A stretch of DNA of 64,000 bases. It comes from Macrostomum lignano (taxonomy: Eukaryota). The translations under genes were made by a program, and so were the position numbers. Shown here one piece after another: positions 1 to 15,500 of the stretch. The stretch lies in assembly GCA_002269645.1 (NCBI GenBank), contig NIVC01000613.1:84834-148833 (forward strand), given 5' to 3'. Positions within the stretch are counted from its first letter, which is position 1. Every line of letters starts with the position of its first letter. Below the pieces are notes generated by a model. It did no database searches. It had not been told where the DNA came from and saw only the letters and a program-made list of their open reading frames with translations.

Positions 1-120
1 GGAGAGATAAAGGGAGAGAGGAAGGGAGAGAGGAAGGGAGAGAGGAAGGGAGAGAGGAAAGGAGAGAAAAAGGGAGAGAGGAAGGGAGAGAGGAAGGGAG
101 AGATAGGGAGAGACAAAGGG
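1..120. repeat. Purine-rich ~12-bp repeat (GGAAGGGAGAGA)n, cut by window edge
   Basis: Direct inspection. Confidence 0.85.
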
Positions 121-688
121 CAGACAAAAAGGCAGTCAGGGGATTTTGTAGCAGTCCGCAAACCGGGCCAGGTGCTGAGAGGCTGCTGTTTTTGAGGCGC
201 CACTGTGCAGATGATCCCCTAAATATGGGAGCTACTCGTTAATCCCTCGGGCGGTATTTGAACTGGCAGGCCGGATGTCTCACGCGCTCGCTCGCCCTAA
301 GGGGGTATCGAAATCTGAAAGCTGTCACGGGGCTACAAATGGCGAAATAAAATCAGTGAACTGGGGAGAGCTCGATAAGACAGCTGCTCAAATGAATATT
401 CGGTTTAAGTGATTTAACTTGTTGAAAATGAGCTTTGCTTGAGTGCTTTTTTTAATCGCCTCAAAGACTGATTAAGGCGATGGAGGTTGCCTCGTGTTCG
501 AGTAATGGCTGTTCATTGACTCAGCTTCAGCTTAAATGAGGATCTGGGTGGGGGGGACGAGAGGAGTGAGCGGTGATTGAGACTGACTAATTTTTGAGCA
601 AACACAACTGCTCAGGAAGAGTTCAATTCTTGCTAAAATTTGTGGCATGGCTGTCTGCATTCTAGAGATCTGTCTTCAGCTCAAGCAG

Positions 689-1574
689 CTGTCTCAGATT
701 CAATTTGATTCTGTCTCAGATTCAAATTCTGTCTCAGATTCAAATTCTGTCTCAGATTCTGTCTCAGATTCTGTCTCAGATTCAAATTTTGTCTCAGATT
801 CTGTCTCAGATTGTGTCTCAGATTGTGTCTCAGATTGTGTCTCAGATTGTGTCTCAGATTGTGTCTCAGATTCTGTCTCAGATTGTGTCTCAGATTGTGT
901 CTCAGATTGTGTCTCAGATTCAATTTGATTCTGTCTCAGATTCAAATTCTGTCTCAGATTCTGTCTCAGATTGTGTCTCAGATTCAATTTGATTCTGTCT
1001 CAGATTCAAATTCTGTCTCAGATTGTGTCTCAGATTGTGTCTCAGATTGTGTCTCAGATTCAATTTGATTCTGTCTCAGATTCAAATTCTGTCTCAGATT
1101 CTGTCTCAGATTGTGTCTCAGATTGTGTCTCAGACTGTGTCTCAGATTGTGTCTCAGATTGTGTCTCAGATTGTGTCTCAGATTCAATTTGATTCTGTCT
1201 CAGATTCAAATTCTGTCTCAGATTCTGTCTCAGATTGTGTCTCAGATTCTGTCTCAGATTGTGTCTCAGATTGTGTCTCAGATTCAATTTGATTCTGTCT
1301 CAGATTCAAATTCTGTCTCAGATTCTGTCTCAGATTGTGTCTCAGATTCAATTTGATTTTGTCTCAGATTCAAATTGATTCTGTCTCAGATTGTGTCTCA
1401 GATTCAATTTGATTTTGTCTCAGATTCAAATTCTGTCTCAGATTCTGTCTCAGATTCTGTCTCAGATTGTGTCTCAGATTCAATTTGATTCTGTCTCAGA
1501 TTCAGTCTCAGATTCAGTCTCAGATTCAGTCTCAGATTCAGTCTCAGATTCAGTCTCAGATTGTGTCTCAGATT
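689..1574. repeat. 12-bp minisatellite GTCTCAGATT(GT/CT) with interspersed CAATTT/CAAATT variants
   Basis: Tandem units are visible. It explains all DSVS/SQIV/LRHN/SETQ ORFs at 647-1742. Confidence 0.95.
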
Positions 1575-2406
1575 CCCTCCTCAGATTCACTATCAGCCTC
1601 ATCCTTATCGCTGCCGCTTCTTAAACGAATCAAAACTCGAAGAAGCTGCTGCAGCAGAGCTGAGTCCTGCTGTGATCAATTGAATGGCATAATTGAAAAT
1701 TTCGATCCATTTTGCTGCAGCCCCTGGCGGGCAGAAGACTGAGAAACCGCAGAAGATGAAGCTCAGGAAAATATATGATCTGTAATCAGCATGGTTCCAT
1801 CATCACGGAACTCAAATTCTGATGAAGGCGCTATGAGAGTTAGATAAATCAATTATTATCCTATTATATTGATATTAATTCCCCCCAATCCGGCACTTTG
1901 ATGCGGGGCCGCAACTCTCAGTCGCTGCTTCTTCAAACTTCATCAGTTCCTCATCCCGAATCTCCGGTGTCTCCGATTTCTTCAACAAACAAATCAGAGA
2001 GAATCGCAAGGCTGTTTGTTGGGCGATTGGGGGGGCCTGGGTTATTGAATTTTCCCCCAAGGAGAATAATTTTGATTAGTATTTTGATGACACAGGCAGG
2101 TGCAATCGAGATGAAGACGGTCCGGAGACTCCTAATTGATAGATAAACTGAAAACAATCTCCCAGCATGCGGCTGGCTGTCCCGAACCAAAGCAAACCGA
2201 GCGTGGCCAATCGGCCAACCAACCTGATATCCCCTTAAATGCGGTCGAGTTTTGGGAATTCGCCAGCTGCCGGGAAACGAGTTGTTAAGAGGAAGGTGCA
2301 AGAAGACCCGGGCAAAGGAGGCAAAGAAGAAATTCGAGCACAAGGTTGAGAGCCGAGCACGATTCTGGTCTGCAGCTTTGAGACTCGAAAAAGTGATTTT
2401 CGAAGA

Positions 2407-2720
2407 TTTTCTAAGAAAGCTGGCCAGCGTGTGACCTATTTAGTTTTTCTAAGAAAACTGAAATGTTGGTCAGCGTGTGACCTATTTAATATTTTCTAAG
2501 AAAACTGGAAGTGTTGGTCAGCGTGTGCCCTATTTAAGATTTTCTAAGAAAACTGGAAATGTTGGTCAGCGTGTGCCCTATTTAAGATTTTCTAAGAAAG
2601 CTGGAAATGTTGGTCAGCGTGTGACCTATTTAAGATTTTCTAAGAGAATTGGAAATGTTGGTCAGCTTGTGATCTATTTGATGTTTTCTAAGAAAACAGG
2701 AAATTTTGGTCAGCGTGTGT
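2407..2720. repeat. 48-bp tandem repeat, ~6.5 copies, upstream of the homeobox gene
   Basis: Unit TTTTCTAAGAAAACTGGAAATGTTGGTCAGCGTGTG(A/C)CCTATTTAAGA. Confidence 0.9.
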
Positions 2721-3091
2721 GCATTTGTTGGACGACAATAAGAGAAGTTTGCAATGCTCATCGGATACTGCAGTTTCTTAGAAATTTAATGCCAAATTCG
2801 AATTTTTTCAACTGATAGAACCGCTATGTCAATCTTAGAATCGAACGCTAAATCCACCTATACTAAATCTCTAAGATCCTAACTAAATCTTGCTTTGAGG
2901 ATGTGGCCGGAAAATCGCAGCCAATGACGAGAAACCACAGGCAGAGTTAAGAGAGCGGGCTGATGGGGTTGCTTAAAATGAGACTGAAAAAAAGCAGAAA
3001 AAGAAAATTCTGGATTGATAAAAAATCAGCGGCGATATCTAAGATCTATCAATTCCTCTATCAATCTATCAATCGATCTATCAATCTGAGC

Positions 3092-7489
<4,398 letters not shown>

Positions 7490-7567
7490 TTGTTGAAGAA
7501 AAGTTGAATGCTTTTTAGCTTTAGCATGATACTGACTTCTACGAGCTAAGAGACTTGTCAATTTTAT

Positions 7568-8110
7568 AGGACACTATGTACTTTTGTATCGATGTATTAA
7601 ACCCTACAGTCAATCGGAGGGCTCTGTTTACTTTACGGCTCGTAGTACTGATGTACTAAACCCTGCAGTCAATATAATTGAAGGACACTGTGTACTTTTG
7701 TATCGATGTACTAAACCTTGCAGACAGACAAAATAATTAAAGGACACTGTGTACTTTGTACGAGCGTATCGATGTACTAAATCCCGCAGTCAATATAATT
7801 AAAGGACACTATGTACTTTTGTATCGATGTGCTAAACGCTGCAGAAAATATAATTAAAGGACGCTATGTACTTTCGTATCAATGTAATAAACCCTGCAGA
7901 ACCCTGCAGTCAATATAATTAGAGGACACTATGTACCTTTGCATGGATGTACTAAACCCCGCAGTCAATATTATAACTAAAAGACACTGTGTACTTTTGT
8001 ATCGATGTACTAAACCTGCAGTTTATGATTAAAGGACACTATGTACTTTTGTATCGATGTACTAAACCCTGCAGTCAATGTAATTAAAAGACACTTTGTA
8101 CTTTTGTATC
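7568..8110. repeat. ~58-60-bp degenerate tandem repeat in the presumed homeobox 3' UTR
   Basis: GGACACTATGTACTTTTGTATCGATGTACTAAACCCTGCAGTCAATATAATTAAA recurs ~9 times. A candidate AATAAA lies at 8398-8403. Confidence 0.85.
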
Positions 8111-8581
8111 TATGTACTATACCTCGAAGCAAATTCAATGATAGAGCACTGAGTGATTACGAGTTGGTATCCATGTACGAGCGTACTAAGAATCTACATA
8201 CTACTTGCTGAGTTTATGATTACCTTTAGTTATATTGATGATAAGTACATGCAACTATTTAATTCTGAGTAAGTACACAATATTTATGTATTCAATAGAA
8301 TTTCTGTTGTTGTCATTGTTGACATTTCAGCTTGAAATAGTAAGCATCAGTCAAATTGTTTTTGTTATTCTGCATCAGTCATTTATTCACTGTTGAAAAT
8401 AAAACAGTTCTGCTCGATGAAGTCATTATCTTTTTATTTTTGTGTTGTCTTTCTTGTGGTAAATTTCATAGACAAATTTATTTGATACAAATAACTTTTT
8501 ATGCACGGGCTCTGGAGGTATGAGCTGGAGGGATTTTGTCAGCTTGCATATGGTCCTCTTCCGGGTGATGTTTTATATTTA

Positions 8582-8672
8582 TGGATGGTTGTGGATGGTT
8601 GTGGATGGTTGTGGATGGTTGTGGATGGTTGTGGATGGTTGTGGATGGTTGTGGATTGGTTGTGGATGGTTG
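8582..8672. repeat. 10-bp repeat (GTGGATGGTT)n
   Basis: About 9 units. Confidence 0.9.
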
Positions 8673-8945
8673 TAGGTAGCTATGAATTTAATAAACTGTT
8701 TAATATCCTGATTGGTCGGCCTGACCTTCTTTGTTATCGGCTTCGTCTTTCCAGCCATGCGTCGGGTTTCATGTCTCTTTATCTGACGCCCTGCTGCTGG
8801 GCTCAGCCGAGACCCGGTTTGACTTTATAAATACAGCGACAAACTGCCTCAGCTAAAAGGTCTGAATTTTACGACTCTTAGTAAGCTAAATGAAAGTAAA
8901 AATTTTTCTAGTTTTACCATTCAGGCAACCTCGCCTGATTCAAAT

Positions 8946-9915
8946 GTCAACCTCATTGTCTACCCAGTGTCTACTCCAGTGTCTACCTCATTGTCTACTC
9001 CAGTTTCTACTCCAGTGTCTACCTCAGTGTCTACTCCAGTGTCTACCTCATTGTTTACCTCCGTGTCTACTCCAGTGTCTACCTCATTGTCTACCTCCGT
9101 GTCTACTCCATTGTCTACCTCATTGTTTTTATGTGCTCATACTCCAGTTTTTACTCCAATGCCTACTCCAATGTCTACTCCAATGTCTACTCCAGTGTCT
9201 ACTCCAATGTCTACTCCAATGTCTACTCCAATGTCTACTCCAGTGTCTACTCCAATGTCTACTCCAGTGTCTACTCCAATGTCTACTCCAGTGTCTACTC
9301 CAATGTCTACTCCAGTGTCTACTCCAGTGTCAACTCCAGTGTCTTTCCAGTGCCAATCCAATACTGTCTACTTCACTGTCTACTCCAATGTCTACTCCAA
9401 TGTCTACTCCAATGTCTACTCCAGTGTCTACTCCAATGTCTACTCCAGTGTCTACTCCAATGTCTAATCCAGTGTCTACTCCAATGTCTACTCCAGTGTC
9501 TACTCCAATGTCAACTCCAGTGTCTACTCCAATGTCTACTCCAGTGTCTACTCCAGTGTCAACTCCAGTGTCTTTCCAGTGCCAATCCAATACTGTCTAC
9601 TTCACTGTCTACTCCAATGTCTACTCTAGTGTCTACTCCAGTGTCTTTCCAGTGCCAATCCAATACTGTCTACTTCACTGTCTACTCCAGTGTCTTTCCA
9701 GTGCCAATCCAATACTGTCTACTTCACTGTCTACTCCAATGTCTACTCTAGTGTCTACTCCAGTGTCTTTCCAGTGCCAATCCAATACTGTCTACTTCAC
9801 TGTCTACTCCAGTGTCTTTCCAGTGCCAATCCAATACTGTCTACTTCACTGTCTACTCCAGTGTCTTTCCAGTGCCAATCCAATACTGTCTACTTCACTG
9901 TCTACTCCAGTGTCT
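8946..9915. repeat. 12-bp minisatellite (GTCTACTCCA(G/A)T) grading into a 49-bp higher-order unit
   Basis: Period 49 measured at 9781/9830. Confidence 0.9.
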
Positions 9916-10129
9916 ATTGTCAATTATCTGCTGTAGGTAATATGCAGTAATCTTTATCACGAAAAATCACGATCAAACTCTCTCTTTTAACTCCAATTCA
10001 ATAAAAAAACATTTCTATTTCTATTATCAAACTTTTGCTAAGTAAAATTTTCTTACTTTTAAATAGAATCTATTTTCTGGAGTCATTGGAGCATGAATGC
10101 ATTTGGATAATATGGAGGGATTTTTTAAT

Positions 10130-10597
10130 AATAGGGGGCAGTTTTCCGATAAATAGGGAGCGAATTTCTGATAAATAGGGAAGGGGCGAATTTCTGAATA
10201 AAAAGGGGCGGATTTCTGCGTAATGGGGGGCGGATTTCTGAATATTAGGGGCGGATTTCTGAATATTAGGGGCGGATTTCTGAATATTAGGGGCGGATTT
10301 CTGAATATTAGGGGCGGATTTCTGAATACTAGGGGCGGATTTCTGAATATTAGGGGCGGATTTCTGAATATTAGGGGCGGATTTCTGAATATTAGGGGCG
10401 GATTTCTGAATATTAGGGGCGGATTTCTGAATATTAGGGGCGGATTTCTGAATATTAGGGGCGGATTTCTGAATATTAGGGGCGGATTTCTGAATATTAG
10501 GGGCGGATTTCTGAATATTAGGGGCGGATTTCTGAATATTAGGGGCGGATTTCTGAATATTAGGGGCGGATTTCTGAATATTAGGGGCGGATTTCGG
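10130..10597. repeat. 21-bp minisatellite (AGGGGCGGATTTCTGAATATT)n with degenerate 5' units
   Basis: Near-perfect units at 10225-10595. Confidence 0.95.
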
Positions 10598-10984
10598 AAT
10601 AAAAGTATCGGATGCCGTGAGGCCTCCTTTAGGTTAATGAGATTACAGAAGATAAGATTTCTGAAACATATATCTAGTATCAGAAAAGAGTAAAAATGAA
10701 AAATATGACTATTTACAGTTAATCAACTAGCTAATAAACATTGATAATTTTATAACTGATTTGTACTGGGTGGTTCTTGCATTAACCGATTAAGTTGATA
10801 AAGAAATTGAATTGTTGATAGGTGTAACAAACTTTTTGGGTAGATAAACATGAGTGAGATTATTGCACAGAAGGGCGCCTTCTCAGTATTAACTACTAGC
10901 TAACTATTGATGGAGTGCATTGAAAAAAGATGGAAAAAATTTACATTGAAATCGTTTTGTTGCATTGTTTTTGTAAATTAGAAG

Positions 10985-12460
10985 AGGGGCGGAAGGAGAA
11001 TCCGTCAGGGGCGGAAGGAGAATCCGATGGGGGCTGAAGGAGAATCCGTCAGGGGGCGGAAGGAGAATCCGTCAGGGGCGGAAGGAGAATCCGTCAGGGG
11101 GCGGAAGGAGAATCCGATAGGGGGCGGAAGGAGAATCCGATAGGGGGCGGAAGGAGAATCCGTCAGGGGCGGAAGGAGAATCCGTCAGGGGGCGGAAGGA
11201 GAATCCGTCAGGGGGCGGAAGGAGAATCCGTCAGGGGCGGAAGGAGAATCCGATAGGGGGCGGAAGGAGAATCCGTCAGGGGGCGGAAGGAGAATCTTAT
11301 AGGGGGGCGGAAGGAGAATCTTATAGGGGGGCGGAAGGAGAATCCGATAGGGGCGGAAGGAGAATCCGTCAGGGGGCGGAAGGAGAATCCGATAGGGGGC
11401 GGAAGGAGAATCTTATAGGGGGGCGGAAGGAGAATCCGATAGGGGGTGGAAGGAGAATCTTATAGGGGGGCGGAAGGAGAATCCGTCAGGGGGCGGAAGG
11501 AGAATCTTATAGGGGGGCGGAAGGAGAATCCGATAGGGGGCGGAAGGAGAATCTTATAGGGGGCGGAATCTTATAGGGGGCGGAAGGAGAATCCGTCAGG
11601 GGGCGGAAGGAGAATCCGTCAGGGGGCGGAAGGAGAATCCGTCAGGGGGCGGAAGGAGAATCCGATAGGGGGCGGAAGGAGAATCCGTCAGGGGGCGGAA
11701 GGAGAATCTTATAGGGGGCGGAAGGAGAATCTTATAGGGGGCGGAAGGAGAATCGATAGGGCGGAAGGGAATCCGTCAGGGGGCGGAAGGAGAATCCGAC
11801 AGGGGGCGGAAGGAGAATCTTATAGGGGGGCGGAAGGAGAATCCGATAGGGGGTGGAAGGAGAATCTTATAGGGGGGGGGGGGCGGAAGGAGAATCCGTC
11901 AGGGGGCGGAAGGAGAATCCGATAGGGGGCGGAAGGAGAATCTTATAGGGGGCGGAATCTTATAGGGGGCGGAAGGAGAATCCGATAGGGGGTGGAAGGA
12001 GAATCCGATAGGGGCGGAAGGAGAATCCGTCAGGGGGCGGAAGGAGAATCCGATAGGGGGCGGAAGGAGAATCTTATAGGGGGGCGGAAGGAGAATCCGA
12101 TAGGGAGTGGAAGGAGAATCTTATAGGGGGGCGGAAGGAGAATCCGTCAGGGGGCGGAAGGAGAATCCGATAGGGGCGGAAGGAGAATCCGTCAGGGGGC
12201 GGAAGGAGAATCCGATAGGGGGCGGAAGGAGAATCTTATAGGGGGGCGGAAGGAGAATCCGATAGGGGGTGGAAGGAGAATCTTATAGGGGGGCGGAAGG
12301 AGAATCCGATAGGGGGCGGAAGGAGAATCCGTCAGGGGCGGAAGGAGAATCCGATAGGGGGCGGAAGGAGAATCTTATAGGGGGGCGGAAGGAGAATCTT
12401 ATAGGGGGGGCGGAAGGAGAATCCGTCAGGGGCGGAAGGAGAATCCGATAGGGGGCGGGA
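10985..12460. repeat. 22-24-bp minisatellite (GGGGGCGGAAGGAGAATCCG(TC/AT)A) just 3' of the receptor stop codon
   Basis: Direct inspection. Confidence 0.95.
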
Positions 12461-12517
12461 GAGCCTCACAGAAATAGTTTCAAAAGTGCTCGGCAAGCCC
12501 TCAGCTCAGCGGGGTGC

Positions 12518-15500
12518 CTAGGCGACCTTCTTGAACAGCGGCATGATGACCAGGATGATGATGGTGGACATGCAGGCGGCCAGCAGGAACAGCCAGAACA
12601 GCAGGCGGTCGACAATGAAGGCCAGCATCCGCCAGTCGCTGATGATCATCTGGACGGCTTCGTCCTCGGCCTGACGGCGGATCAGCATCCGCAGGTGCCG
12701 CTGCAGCTGGTCGTACTGGCGCAGCACTGCGGGGTCGCCGCTGGGGCCGACCGGCGACGTCCCGGCGGTCGTCGAGAATCTCGTCGAAGCAGTTGGCGAC
12801 TTCTCCGCTGATGCGCCGTTGCAGGCGTCGGTCTCAGCGGTGTCGGCGTCGTCCAAGGCGGTGTCAGAGTCGCCGGCGCCGTACGCCAGCCGGCTCTGCG
12901 TCTCCTCGAAGCGCTGGCGCCGCCGACGCGCCTTGCGCTCGTAGCGCGCCACGGAGGACATGCAGAGCAGCGGCGCCAGACTGCGGAACAAAATCCGCTT
13001 GATGGCTGCCGGCACCGGCCGGTCGTTCGGGCCGATGTGGTGCAGGTGGAGCACGAACACCGTCAGGACGATCGACAGCGAGGTGGTGGACATTGTGACA
13101 GTCAGGTAGATGCCTGCGGCCCGGAGTTCAGGGTTGGTTTTTGAATTGAAGATTGAGACGAACTCAACCGAATTTTTATTTAGGTAGATTGGGGCGGATT
13201 TAGGTAGATTGTAGCAAATTTAGGTAGATTGGGGCGGATTTAGGTAGATTGTAGCAAATTTAGGTAGATTGGGGCGGATTTAGGTAGATTGAGGCGGATT
13301 TGAGTAGATTGGGCGGATTTAGGTAGATTGGGGTGGATTTAGGTAGATTGGGCGGATTTAGGTAGATTGGGGTGGATTTAGGTAGATTGGGGCGGATTTA
13401 GGTAGATTGGCGGATTTAGGTAGATTGGGCGGATTTAGGTAGATTGGGGCGGATTTAGGTAGATTGGGGCGGATTTAGGTAGATTGGGGCGGATTTAGGT
13501 AGATTGTAGCAAATTTAGGTAGATTGGGGTGGATTTAGGTAGATTGTAGCAAATTTAGGTAGATTGGGGCGGATTTAGGTAGATTGAGGCGGAATTGAGT
13601 AGATTGGGGTGGATTTAGGTAGATTGGGGCGGATTTAGGTAGATTGGGGCGGATTTAGGTAGATTGGGGCAGATTTAGGTAGATTGGAGCAGATTTAGGT
13701 AGATTGGGGCGGATTTAGATAGATTGGGCGGATTTAGGTAGATTGGGGCGGATTTAGATAGATTGGGCGGATTTAGGTAGATTGGGGCGGATTTTAGTAG
13801 ATTGGAGCAGATTTAGATAGATTGGGCGGATTTAAGTAGATTGGGGCGGATTTTAGTAGATTGGAGCAGGTTTAGGTAGATTGGGGCGGATTTAGGTAGA
13901 TTGGGGCGGATTTATGTAGATTGGGGAGGATTTAGGTAGATTGGAGCAGATTTTAGGTAGATTGGGGCGGATTTGAGTAGATTGGGGCGGATTTGAGTAG
14001 ATTTGACTGTAATGATTAGATACGAACTCCAATTTTAGATTGGTATTGAAACAATGGCTCCACGATGCTCTCCAAGACAGGAATAAAAAGCTTCAATAAA
14101 CAGCGATGAGCTGAGCTCTCACCAATGAGCGGAACGAATTCGCTAGTGGCTGGCATGTTCTCAGCAATGAGCAGCATGAACACTGAGAAGGCCAGCAGCA
14201 CCGTGATGCCCAGGGTGATCTTCTCGCCCGAATCCGGCGGCAGCCAGAATCCCAGCAGGCTGAGAACGGTGAGCCACAGGCAGGGAAAGATTATGTTGAA
14301 CAGGTAGTAAAGGGTTCGGCGTCTGATCACGATGTGGAACTTGATATCCGGGTAGGGTACCGGACTGATTGGGTAGATGGTCTGCGGGTTGAGCATGGCG
14401 CACATTATTGCGAGGGTGGTACACTTGGGAGAGAGATGAAATGCCAAGATAGGGTTGAGGGCTCAGAGTGTACATTCGGGGAGAGAGATGAAATGCCAAG
14501 ATAGGGTTGAGGGCTCAGAGTGTACATCCGGGGGAGAGAGATGAAATGCCAAGATAGGGTTGAGGGCTCAGAGTGTACATTCGGGGAGAGAGATGAAATG
14601 CCAAGATAGGGTTGAGGGCTCAGAGTGTACATTCGGGGAGAGAGATGAAATGCCAAGATAGGGTTGAGGGCTCAGAGTGTACATTCGGGGAGAGAGATGA
14701 AATGCCAAGATAGGGTTGAGGGCTCAGAGTGTACATTCGGGGGAGAGAGATGAAATACCAAAAAAAGGTGGAGGGCTCAGAGTGTACGTTCGGGAGAGAG
14801 ATGAAATGCCAAGATAGGGTGGAGGCTCAGAGTGTACGTTCGGGAGAGACACTTGCCCGTGCAAACGCATTGTTACTCGTATTATTGATATTAGAAACTT
14901 AAAAATCAAAAGTTGATCGTTTCAAAAAGTTGATCAACCTATAGAAATTGGAGACTAACACAATTATTTTATCATTAATTAATAGTCTCACCTCCTGTCG
15001 CTCCACATCGATTCTAATCAGATTCCACTCTCCACTTTGAACATAATTTTGAAAGTCAACCTCATCCCGCCTGAAATTTTAGTTTTCGCGATTTACCCTG
15101 AGTAGCATGAATTGAGTTTTTCGTCTTTCCAATTGAAAAAGGCTAAAAATCTTCTCACTTCTTGGTGATGTTAACTTGAAATCCGTCGTAGGTCCACGAG
15201 CCGAATTTCATCGTGCACACCTGGTCGTCGAATGGGAAATATGTGATGTCGATTTTGCAGGTCGATCTGAGCTTGGCCGGCGGCGGCCAGAACACGGTGC
15301 CGTTGGCATCGACCATCGCCTTGCTCTGCATGTAGCCCGTGGTGAAGTCATCGGCGCTAAAAAAAGTAAAAAAAAAATTGTAATTAAAATTCAGTAAATT
15401 GTCAAATCAGAAAATTTTTAAGCGATTTAAATCTTTTTTCGGCACTTTTACAAAAAACGGCAACAAAATGCTCAGCTTGCCTACTAATGGTCAGTAGTAG

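Noticed and set aside
647-1742. Many overlapping ORFs (DSVS, SQIV, LRHN, SETQ repeats)
   Set aside because: They are all translations of a 12-bp satellite that is open in several frames.
1575-2434. GC-balanced unique stretch with several short ORFs, including a hydrophobic minus-strand frame near 1610-1780
   Set aside because: No recognisable domain, start or consistent splice model. It could be a decayed gene or TE but cannot be supported.
8500-8830. Protein-like fragments on either strand around the 10-mer repeat
   Set aside because: They are short, with no motif and no supportable exon structure.
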